Assembly: GCA_020632155.1 (NCBI GenBank)
Contig: JACKGE010000001.1
Location: forward strand, 28,011 to 92,010
DNA length: 64,000 nucleotides
Source: Candidatus Nomurabacteria bacterium
GTDB taxonomy: Bacteria > Patescibacteriota > Minisyncoccia > Phycocordibacterales > UBA918
Reading direction: 5' to 3'
Shown here: piece by piece, positions 57,043 through 64,000 of the stretch
How the letters are laid out: each line of letters opens with the position of its first letter
Numbering within the stretch: the first letter of the stretch is position 1
Translations under genes and position numbers: made by a program
The notes under the pieces: generated by a model
The model's database searches: none
What the model saw: the letters and a program-made list of their open reading frames with translations, nothing else
What the model was told of the DNA's origin: nothing

Positions 57043-59046
57043 CTATTCTGAACCTTCTTTCTTCTCAAGTGTCTTGCTTGGATCAGCGGTTTTTTCTTCC
57101 TCTTCACGCATTTTCTTATAGGCGTCTTGGATGATTACACCCTCCTGCTTTAGCAGTGTCTCGTATTCATCGCGCTCCAGTGTTTCGACTTCAACCAATT
57201 TCTCAGAAATGACATCAAGCGCTTTGCGATATTTAGTGAGAATTTCGCGAGCAGTTTCTTTTCCTTCTTCAATAAAGCGCGCGACTTCGTCATCAATGGC
57301 TTTTGCCACCTGCGGTGAGTAGCCGCGGTCTTCGCTGGTGCCACCACCAATAAGACGTCCTCCGGTGCCTTCAAGAGCCACTGGGCCGAGTTTCTCACTC
57401 ATGCCGTACTTGGTCACCATATCGCGAGCAAGGTTGGCGACCACTTGGAGGTCGTTAGAAGGGCCAGTAGTGAGGTCGCCAAAGACCATTTCTTCGGTAA
57501 CGTATCCACCAAGTGTCATGGCAATGTCGTCGATGAATTCTTTTCGGGTGTGCATCTTTCGGTCTTCGTCTGGAAGCTTGAGAGTATAGCCAGCTGCGCG
57601 GCCGCGCGAAATGATAGATATCTTTTGCACCGGATCAGCATACGGCAGTACACTCGCTACCAGCGCATGACCAACCTCGTGGTAGGCGGTCACCAAGCGC
57701 TCGCGCTTACTAAGGACGTGGCTCTTGCGCTCTGGACCAAGCATCACCTTCTCAATAGAACGGATAAGGTCAAACTGGCCAACTTTTTTACGATTTTCAC
57801 GAGCGGCGAGAATAGCGCCTTCATTCATAAGGGAGTAGAGGTCAGCGCCAGAGAACCCAGGGGTACGCTGCGCAATGATATCGAGATTCACGTCTTCCGC
57901 CAGCGGCTTCTTGCGGGCATGCACATCGAGAATTGCTTTGCGGTCGTCACGGTCCGGCAGGTCAATGGTGACGCGGCGATCAAAACGTCCAGGGCGCAAG
58001 AGGGCTGGGTCGAGTACATCAGGACGGTTTGTAGCGGCCATCACAATCACCTTCTCAGTTGGCTCAAAGCCATCCATCTCAACTAGTATTTGGTTAAGTG
58101 TCTGCTCACGTTCGTCGTTTCCGCCACCGACACCCGTACCACGAATACGGCCCACTGCGTCAATTTCATCAACAAAGATAATAGCTGGTGCAGCCTTCTT
58201 TGCCATCTGAAACAGGTCACGCACGCGACTCGCACCAACACCGACAAACATCTCCACAAATTCCGAGCCGGAAATAGAGAAAAATGGCACTCCAGCTTCC
58301 CCAGCTACTGCCCGCGCCAAAAGGGTCTTACCGGTACCGGGAGCGCCCATCATCATCACGCCCTTTGGTATCTCAGCACCAATGTCGAGAAACTTCTTTG
58401 GGTTCTTGAGAAAGTCGACAATTTCTTCAAGTTCTTGTTTCGCCTCTTTAGCGCCGGCTACGTCTTTAAAGGTAACTTTTTGGGTAGCGTCATTTGGATC
58501 AATAACGCGTGCCTTGCTACTGCCAAAGTTAAGGGCTTGCATGCCAGCGCCACGAACACTGCGGGTAAAGAACCAGACAATGAACAAAAGGAGGAGCAGC
58601 GGGAAGATAAACGGCGCCATAATGCCCAGCCAGTAGGTAAGGCCTGTTTCCTTCTGAACGTCGATCTTTACACTGCGCAGTTCATCCGCCGAGAGTCCGA
58701 GGTTGGTAAGGGTGTCTGTCACCGCAGCATCGGTCTCCTTCTTGGCTTCACCTGAATTACGGGTGGTGTCGACGTATGATATTTCAATCTTGCTACCACG
58801 AACCACAAGCTGATCCACTTCCCCATTCTTTATCTGGTCCACTACCTGCGAAAGTGAGAGTTGCTCTGGCTCTTCCTTGGTCTCTACTATATAGGTATAG
58901 GCAAAGGTAAGCGCGACCAAAAGCAAAATCGTTGAGAGCATGTTGTTCCAGAAGTTCCCCGGCCCAACAGGCATCTTTTTTGGCATTTTAATGCCCTTTT
59001 TATCAGTATTTTTCTGTTTCTTTTCCGTTTCTTTTTCCTGTGACAT
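57043..59046 (-). CDS. ftsH: ATP-dependent zinc metalloprotease FtsH
   Basis: 667 aa. Two TM helices, AAA Walker [12 protein letters not shown], and the HEVGHA zinc motif. Confidence 0.95.
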   Translation of the reverse strand: MSQEKETEKKQKNTDKKGIKMPKKMPVGPGNFWNNMLSTILLLVALTFAYTYIVETKEEPEQLSLSQVVDQIKNGEVDQLVVRGSKIEISYVDTTRNSGEAKKETDAAVTDTLTNLGLSADELRSVKIDVQKETGLTYWLGIMAPFIFPLLLLLFIVWFFTRSVRGAGMQALNFGSSKARVIDPNDATQKVTFKDVAGAKEAKQELEEIVDFLKNPKKFLDIGAEIPKGVMMMGAPGTGKTLLARAVAGEAGVPFFSISGSEFVEMFVGVGASRVRDLFQMAKKAAPAIIFVDEIDAVGRIRGTGVGGGNDEREQTLNQILVEMDGFEPTEKVIVMAATNRPDVLDPALLRPGRFDRRVTIDLPDRDDRKAILDVHARKKPLAEDVNLDIIAQRTPGFSGADLYSLMNEGAILAARENRKKVGQFDLIRSIEKVMLGPERKSHVLSKRERLVTAYHEVGHALVASVLPYADPVQKISIISRGRAAGYTLKLPDEDRKMHTRKEFIDDIAMTLGGYVTEEMVFGDLTTGPSNDLQVVANLARDMVTKYGMSEKLGPVALEGTGGRLIGGGTSEDRGYSPQVAKAIDDEVARFIEEGKETAREILTKYRKALDVISEKLVEVETLERDEYETLLKQEGVIIQDAYKKMREEEEKTADPSKTLEKKEGSE

Positions 59047-59112
59047 AGTTCGGTCATTATACAGAAGTTGCCCTAATTTGCGAGTTATTTGCTATAGTAC
59101 GGGAGTCACAAT

Positions 59113-59559
59113 ATGACCACTTACATTGAATACAGCAAAGCAAAATTCGATTACGAACTCCTCGATACCTACGAGGCGGGTATTTCCCTATTAGGCACTG
59201 AAGTGAAGTCGGTGCGCAACAAAAAAGGCAAGCTCGACGGTGCCCATGTTCTCATCCGTGGAGGCGAGGCGTTTTTGGTTGGCGCCTCCATTCCCCCTTT
59301 CCAAGTAGCCAATACAAGTGAAACCTACGACGCCGAGCGGCCACGAAAGCTCCTGTTATCAAAGAAGGAACTAGCAAAGCTACACACAGAGAGCGAGAAG
59401 AAGGGTTTGACAATAGTGCCTATTCGATTGTATAATGCTGGCCGGAATATCAAGCTTGCGCTCGCTGTGGCGCGGGGTAAAAAGTCGCACGATAAACGTG
59501 AGTCAATCAAAGCCCGCGACACCAAGCGTGATCTTGAACGGGAGCTAAAATACTCCTAG
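59113..59559 (+). CDS. smpB: SsrA-binding protein SmpB
   Basis: 148 aa. Typical SmpB N-terminus and basic C-terminal tail. Confidence 0.85.
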   Translation: MTTYIEYSKAKFDYELLDTYEAGISLLGTEVKSVRNKKGKLDGAHVLIRGGEAFLVGASIPPFQVANTSETYDAERPRKLLLSKKELAKLHTESEKKGLTIVPIRLYNAGRNIKLALAVARGKKSHDKRESIKARDTKRDLERELKYS

Positions 59560-59603
59560 TGTTCTTTACACATTCAGTTTCAGTTGCAGTGTGGTGACCA
59601 TAA

Positions 59604-59831
59604 ATGCGGCACCAGAAAGGAGTGGTCACAAATGGGGTGACGGAAATACTTGAGTTCCCAACGGGAAGAATCCTTGGGAAAGTTCCGCAGCGAGGTAGGT
59701 CGAAAGTGACCGACAAAAGCGCGGACGAAGGCATATACATTCCCAGTTTCTTGCATCTGGGGATGGGGTGCACGATTGCGGATGACCTCCGTATGCTCGA
59801 TGATCTCGAGGAGTTTCTCGGAATCGGGTAG
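59604..59831 (+). CDS. hypothetical small ORF in the smpB-ssrA spacer
   Basis: 75 aa. Same strand as smpB and ssrA. No known domain. Could be non-coding. Confidence 0.2.
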   Translation: MRHQKGVVTNGVTEILEFPTGRILGKVPQRGRSKVTDKSADEGIYIPSFLHLGMGCTIADDLRMLDDLEEFLGIG

Positions 59832-59843
59832 CCAGACCAGTCT

Positions 59844-60146
59844 TTGTACCAAGCGGCGAGGCTCAACCAGCCTCGCCGTCACCACACTGCAACTGAGGGA
59901 GAAGACACGATGAACAAACTGGGAGATTGTCCTATACGCCAAGACGACGAGGCTCTCAAAGAGGCTCTTCGTCGGCTTTCGCCTACTGTCCCTGCTGACA
60001 AGACAATTGATCAACAGGGGCGTGAGATTCACTTCGGGAACACGTTGGAGGACTTCGGCAGAAAGAAACTGCCGGGGGTCAGCCTCCATATCGGGCAGAA
60101 GGAAACCGTTCCGTTTCTCGACGACGGAGCAGATTTACTCTGCTGA
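59844..60146 (+). CDS. hypothetical small ORF in the smpB-ssrA spacer
   Basis: 79-100 aa, depending on the start. Ends just before a strong terminator. No known domain. Confidence 0.2.
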   Translation: MYQAARLNQPRRHHTATEGEDTMNKLGDCPIRQDDEALKEALRRLSPTVPADKTIDQQGREIHFGNTLEDFGRKKLPGVSLHIGQKETVPFLDDGADLLC

Positions 60147-60154
60147 ACGGTTCG

Positions 60155-60195
60155 CCGGCGCGCTAGCGCGCCGGTTCCCCTTCTTTTGTTTCTTT
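60155..60195 (+). terminator. rho-independent terminator (self-complementary CCGGCGCGCTAGCGCGCCGG plus T-rich tail)
   Basis: Perfect 20-nt self-complementary GC-rich stem followed by TTCCCCTTCTTTTGTTTCTTT. Confidence 0.65.
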
Positions 60196-60217
60196 ATATT
60201 AAAAATTATCTGAACTT

Positions 60218-60263
60218 CCCAGTCTCTCTACCTTACGATTAATCGTAAGGTAGAGAGACTGGG
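60218..60263. repeat. perfect 23-bp-arm palindrome abutting the tmRNA 5' end
   Basis: CCCAGTCTCTCTACCTTACGATT/AATCGTAAGGTAGAGAGACTGGG. The right arm ends in the first 3 G of the tmRNA. Confidence 0.7.
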
Positions 60264-60841
60264 GATGACAGGCATCGACGGTTTGTCCCATAGATATATG
60301 TAATGTCGAAGTCATAGGCCTTCGTTAAAACCTATGAATGTATAGGATGCAAACAAATGTACTGCAAGTCCATACGCTAACGCGTTTGGATTCGCACCCG
60401 CTGTAGCGTAACCATTCGCTCGCCGATGCGACGCTTCTCATGCTGATGTCTCATACGCATGACGGGGTGAAATAGCCATGGGACTCTGGAATCCTACGTG
60501 CCTGTGTTGAAACCCATCGTCCACCAAAGTTGCTGGTAGTTTTGAGTAAAAAATGTTGAAGCGGAGGAGGCGTATAGCTATACGTCGACCGACAATGAAA
60601 CATGTTTTGCCAAAAATAGCAGTAACGACGTGGACGAAACAACCACCCATGAATACTTCTGGTTGTGGTGGGTTTCGACACAGGCACTTGTTCGGCTAGG
60701 ATTTCGAGCTTGTACGAACTCGGTAGTGTGAGCTTTGGCTCAGTTTCCTATCACATTACTTAAACCTCAAAGCTGAGCTATGCATTGTAGACGTATGTGT
60801 ATGATCATTCTCGGACGTGGATTCAATTTCCACCATCTCCA
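60261..60841 (+). ncRNA. ssrA: tmRNA (SsrA), unusually long at about 581 nt
   Basis: 5' GGGGATG-ACAG-GCATCGACGG matches the tmRNA 5' consensus GGGGnuG...GgaUUCGAC. 3' GGACGTGGATTCAATTTCCACCATCTCCA matches the tmRNA T-arm and acceptor (E. coli GGACGCGGGTTCAACTCCCGCCAGCTCCA). The 5' GGGGAUG pairs with the 3' CAUCUCC. Candidate tag ORF GCT AAC GCG TTT GGA TTC GCA CCC GCT GTA GCG TAA (ANAFGFAPAVA) at 60376..60411. Confidence 0.75.
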
Positions 60842-60852
60842 CATAACAAAAC

Positions 60853-60877
60853 AAAAACCGCCCATGGGCGGTTTTTT
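60853..60877 (+). terminator. rho-independent terminator AAAAACCGCCC-ATG-GGCGGTTTTTT
   Basis: Perfect hairpin plus T-run 12 nt after the tmRNA 3' end. Confidence 0.7.
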
Positions 60878-60910
60878 GGTGTCCTAAGACTGTGTCAGTT
60901 TGGTGGAGCG

Positions 60911-61693
60911 CTATTCGACTGGCTCATCTTCGCCAGTAGAATTGTCTGTGGTCTCGCCAGTGTTACTATCGTCGTCCATGTCTGAAGTGTCATCAGTACC
61001 GTCGTTGGTTGAAGTAGACGTATCATCAGACATTGTGTCGTCGCCTCCCATGGTGTCATCTGACATATCATCGTCAGACATACTGCCATCAGTACCATCG
61101 TCAGTTGAGGTGGCGTTGTCGTCTGACATTTCTTCCTCCTCGGCCATAAACTCATCTTCAATAACATCAGATGCGTCCTGCTCTTCTCCGGTCACCTCTT
61201 CGACATGATCTTCAAGAGTGCCTACCGTGTCGGTTACTACATCAGCAATCGACTTCTTGCTACTACCGCCGGAACGCTTCTTTTCCTCAGCGGTTGCAAT
61301 AGTGTCAACGGTGGTAATGGAGTCCTTATAGGTCACCAAAATGGTGGTAAGCCTATCGAGCGCAGCCGAGAGCTGCGCCTTTTGTGCTGGCGTCAGCTTG
61401 GCATTATCAGCGCCAGAAACAGCACCTTGGATGCTGTTCATGCGGCTAACAATATGCTCCTTGGCGGCCACGGCCTCAGCTGGGGTGAGGGTACCGTCTG
61501 CGATACCAGCCTCAACTGCAGCCAGCTCGGTCTCAAGCTGGTCAAGTTCATCGTCAATGCTGGCAACGTAACTTTGTGTGCCGGTAACGTAGGCCTTCAT
61601 CCAATAAAGTGAGTCGCCCGGTTGCGCTGTAGCGACCATAGCGCTAAAGGCTACGGCTACCACAACCAGTGCGAGTAGTGTGATCTTCTTCAT
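60911..61693 (-). CDS. secreted protein with coiled-coil N-domain and highly acidic Ser/Thr/Asp-rich C-terminal tail
   Basis: 260 aa. Signal peptide (LLALVVVAVAFSAMVATA). C-terminal repeats of MSDD / DDT. Confidence 0.4.
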   Translation of the reverse strand: MKKITLLALVVVAVAFSAMVATAQPGDSLYWMKAYVTGTQSYVASIDDELDQLETELAAVEAGIADGTLTPAEAVAAKEHIVSRMNSIQGAVSGADNAKLTPAQKAQLSAALDRLTTILVTYKDSITTVDTIATAEEKKRSGGSSKKSIADVVTDTVGTLEDHVEEVTGEEQDASDVIEDEFMAEEEEMSDDNATSTDDGTDGSMSDDDMSDDTMGGDDTMSDDTSTSTNDGTDDTSDMDDDSNTGETTDNSTGEDEPVE

Positions 61694-61800
61694 TATAGTG
61701 TTCTTAAATTAATACCTGAATCGGTCTTTGGAGGTTGGTGTCCCGCTGACACAGCTTCATTGCACTCTATGACGCACTATATAACAAAAGCTTACAAAGC

Positions 61801-61829
61801 AAAAGACCGGCTCTCGGGCCGGTCTTTTT
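61801..61829 (-). terminator. rho-independent terminator AAAAGACCGGC-TCTCG-GGCCGGTCTTTT
   Basis: Overlaps the stop codon of the receiver gene. Confidence 0.6.
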
Positions 61830-62223
61830 AACTAGCGAAATGCTCGTTTACATGCTCGACAATTTGCCTGAGGCTGTGGTCAGCTTTGGGAAGAAAATCA
61901 GTCTGAAAGCCGCCCATAACGGTCACCTCGGAGACCGTATTGATATCATCGTAGGCAGTCAAAACACAAATGGGTACTTTGGGTGCGCCATCAACTTCGC
62001 CGGCACGAATCTGTTTCAGGACCTCCATACCATTTAACTTTGGCATATTTAAATCGAGAATAACGAGATCAGGAACGTGCGCGTTGTAGTGGGCCAAAGC
62101 CTCCTCACCATCAGCAGCAGCTACGACAGTGTAACCTGCTTGCTCAAGTGAAACCTTAAGCGCTTCGCGCAGATCCGGCTCATCATCGGCAATAAGTATG
62201 GTTTTGTTTGCTTCAGTACTCAT
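61828..62223 (-). CDS. orphan CheY-like response-regulator receiver
   Basis: 131 aa. LIADDEP...LVILDLNMP...K. No output domain. Confidence 0.8.
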   Translation of the reverse strand: MSTEANKTILIADDEPDLREALKVSLEQAGYTVVAAADGEEALAHYNAHVPDLVILDLNMPKLNGMEVLKQIRAGEVDGAPKVPICVLTAYDDINTVSEVTVMGGFQTDFLPKADHSLRQIVEHVNEHFAS

Positions 62224-62258
62224 ATTTCTATTCTATCAGCATTTCTTGTAGGCAAGGT

Positions 62259-62636
62259 CTAATCGTTGGTATAACAACCGTATAGCTTAAATCCTTCACT
62301 AATTGAAGGCGTGTCACCATTTTGTATCTCAGCGAGACGATTTGCACCGACAGCTGCTTCCGCGCACGCAAACATAGCTGGAGTGATTGTCACTGAATCA
62401 GCATCGACGCCAACTGTCTTTAATAGCGCACGCTGGCCGTCGGTAAGTGTCGTCGTGTTGAGGGTGGTAGTACCAAATGATGAAGTGGTGCTAGGAGAAT
62501 CCGAATGTGTTTCTGCGTCTCCTTCCCTATCAACTACCATGTCAGTAAGCGAGTTATGTCCACTGGACACGCCGAGTAAATACCCAGCCGTAAAAACTAA
62601 AAGAATGACCCCTGCTCCTAGTAAACCGCGTAACAT
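62259..62636 (-). CDS. small exported protein
   Basis: 125 aa. N-terminal TM/signal and Thr/Ser-rich. Confidence 0.35.
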   Translation of the reverse strand: MLRGLLGAGVILLVFTAGYLLGVSSGHNSLTDMVVDREGDAETHSDSPSTTSSFGTTTLNTTTLTDGQRALLKTVGVDADSVTITPAMFACAEAAVGANRLAEIQNGDTPSISEGFKLYGCYTND

Positions 62637-62718
62637 ATACAGTACATAGTACTACATTTATGACATCTGGTGGATAGACCTCTCGCCATAACGACATCAG
62701 GGTGTCATACTTAAACTA

Positions 62719-63453
62719 ATGCCCTATCTCACTCTTGGACGAATGTTAACTGGCGCAGTCATTTTGGCGGTCTTGGGTATTACCGGCTCCACAATCCTCA
62801 AGGAAGAACACCATGAATCGGGAATGTTTCTTGAGCCAGCTGGCGGCACCTATGGTGCAGGCGAGCAGTTCGAGGTCAGGATAATGGTACGCAGTAGCGT
62901 ACCGGCCAATGTCTTTGGTGGCGACATCACGTTTGATCCAGACGTACTGGCAATAGACGGCATTGATTACAACACTTCAGTAGCTGACCTCTGGGCGGTA
63001 CGACCGTGGTTCGATAATGGTGACGGGACCCTTAACTTCGGCGGCGGCACCACTGCAGCTGGTGGTTTTACCGGTGAAGCTGAACTGCTCCGCATAACAT
63101 TTCGAACGAAAGCCCTCGGTGACGCAAATATCATGCTCGTCAAACCAGTCATTCTCAAACACGACGGTCTCGGGACCTCTCTCTCAGTCGACACGCCAAT
63201 TGATTATATTTTCACTGTTGAGGCAGACTCCGTTGAAAGACTAAAAGTTGCAGAATCACATGACCAACAAGGGGTGGTACACGTCATGGCAGAGCGACCA
63301 GACCCTGACCTTAACGGTGACGGCACTGTCGACTTTAAAGACGTCAGTGTGATGATGGTGCTTATCACCACCCAAGAATTACGCGGTGACCTCGACGGCA
63401 ATGGCAAAGTTGGACTTGGCGATCTGAGCATCCTCCTAGACGCAGACGACTAA
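62719..63453 (+). CDS. cohesin-like domain protein with type-I dockerin repeats
   Basis: 244 aa. N-terminal TM/signal. C-terminal pair of Ca-binding dockerin repeats DLNGDGTVDFKD and DLDGNGKVGLGD. Confidence 0.5.
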   Translation: MPYLTLGRMLTGAVILAVLGITGSTILKEEHHESGMFLEPAGGTYGAGEQFEVRIMVRSSVPANVFGGDITFDPDVLAIDGIDYNTSVADLWAVRPWFDNGDGTLNFGGGTTAAGGFTGEAELLRITFRTKALGDANIMLVKPVILKHDGLGTSLSVDTPIDYIFTVEADSVERLKVAESHDQQGVVHVMAERPDPDLNGDGTVDFKDVSVMMVLITTQELRGDLDGNGKVGLGDLSILLDADD

Positions 63454-63980
63454 TAACACGCGGCCCACAATCCAAGCTTTTGACTGCGCGCAGTCTGCTC
63501 AACAGCTTTCAGCTCATCAAAGCGAGCGGTGTCCGGTTGTATTTTTATCACCTTAGCCGCTCCATCCCGTACTAATTGTTCATTTACTAACTCGTCGCCC
63601 ACAAACACATAGCGCAGTAGACGCCCGTATTGATCGCGGTCACTAACGTCACGCTCAAGCGTAACCTCGTGTCCAAAAACTAATGAACTGTTGAGGTTTG
63701 TGGCCTCAGCGGCGTAACACTCATCCCCGTCCAGTTCAGGTGTATCAATGCCGATATACCGCACCCGTTCTTCTTGTCCGTTTTGGGTAACCATAATCGT
63801 GTCACCGTCGATTACACGTACGACTGTTGCGGTGACCACAGAAGCGTGCGGCTCCGGCTGAGCGGACGGAGCCGTTCCACTTCCCATATAGGAAATAGCC
63901 AAGGAGAGGAGAGTAACTAGAATATTGAAAAGAGTGTCCATGTTCATATTGTACCAACCGCCAGAGACTTCATGATACAA
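63450..63980 (-). CDS. secreted thermonuclease (staphylococcal-nuclease-like)
   Basis: 176 aa. Signal peptide. VIDGDTI...RYIGIDTPE SNase motifs. Confidence 0.7.
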   Translation of the reverse strand: MYHEVSGGWYNMNMDTLFNILVTLLSLAISYMGSGTAPSAQPEPHASVVTATVVRVIDGDTIMVTQNGQEERVRYIGIDTPELDGDECYAAEATNLNSSLVFGHEVTLERDVSDRDQYGRLLRYVFVGDELVNEQLVRDGAAKVIKIQPDTARFDELKAVEQTARSQKLGLWAACY

Positions 63981-64000
63981 TCCGGAACGTTATGTCAGCA

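Noticed and set aside
59580-60089. 169-aa minus-strand ORF in the smpB-ssrA spacer
   Set aside because: Arg/Ser/Leu-rich composition with no motif. It is antisense to the co-directional small ORFs. It is likely a GC-driven open frame.
60655-60690. Second tmRNA-like 5' motif GGTTGTGGTGGGTTTCGACACAGG as an alternative tmRNA start
   Set aside because: Its first 7 nt do not pair with the 3' acceptor strand CATCTCC. A start here would give a 190-nt molecule with no room for a tag ORF. It is kept as internal to the long tmRNA.
1-64000. CRISPR arrays, rRNA genes, transposases or integrases
   Set aside because: No regularly spaced direct repeats, no rRNA-like sequence, and no protein with DDE or tyrosine-recombinase motifs were seen. 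The mobile-element signals are limited to att-like scars and compositional islands.

Overview
This 64-kb window looks like a small, streamlined bacterial chromosome segment. Its reduced proteins, complete type IV pilus/competence locus and many small secreted or membrane proteins are consistent with a Patescibacteria/CPR-like organism, but that lineage call is inference only. Almost all genes are on the minus strand. Coordinates of non-CDS features were read by eye and are approximate, not to be trusted to the base (the short repeat copies were counted on the printed sequence lines). Housekeeping genes that can be supported: - pyrG, ftsE, ftsX and prfB (RF2). - gatC, gatA and ligA. - recG and lysA. 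- ftsH and smpB. - A malic enzyme, two P-type ATPases, an HtrA-like protease and a TrxB-like reductase. - A tripartite MacAB-like efflux operon. The pilus locus is complete: pilM, pilN, pilO, pilB, a receiver, pilT, pilC, pilA, pilD and four minor pilins, then comFC and mgtC. RNA genes I can support are eight tRNAs and an unusually long tmRNA (about 581 nt): Gln-TTG, Thr-GGT, Thr-CGT, Met-CAT twice, Asp-GTC, Ser-GCT and Ile-TAT. The tmRNA lies 700 bp downstream of smpB behind a perfect 23-bp-arm hairpin. The most unusual signals: - Five tRNAs (Thr-GGT, Met, Asp, Ser, Ile) carry short exact or degenerate copies of their own 3' (and sometimes 5') ends 0-180 bp away, always with strong hairpins in between. 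This looks like integrase att-site scars or a tRNA-targeting micro-element. - A low-GC restriction-modification island (C5-cytosine methyltransferase plus two candidate nuclease ORFs) sits next to lexA. - A membrane-anchored HEPN (DUF4145-like RNxxAH) protein sits beside the tRNA cluster. - A high-GC foreign gene with a basic tail lies between the malic enzyme and recG. - A tRNA-Ile with a UAU anticodon. - An RF2 gene with no programmed-frameshift site, preceded by a perfect terminator palindrome that falls inside the naive ORF. No CRISPR array or rRNA was found.
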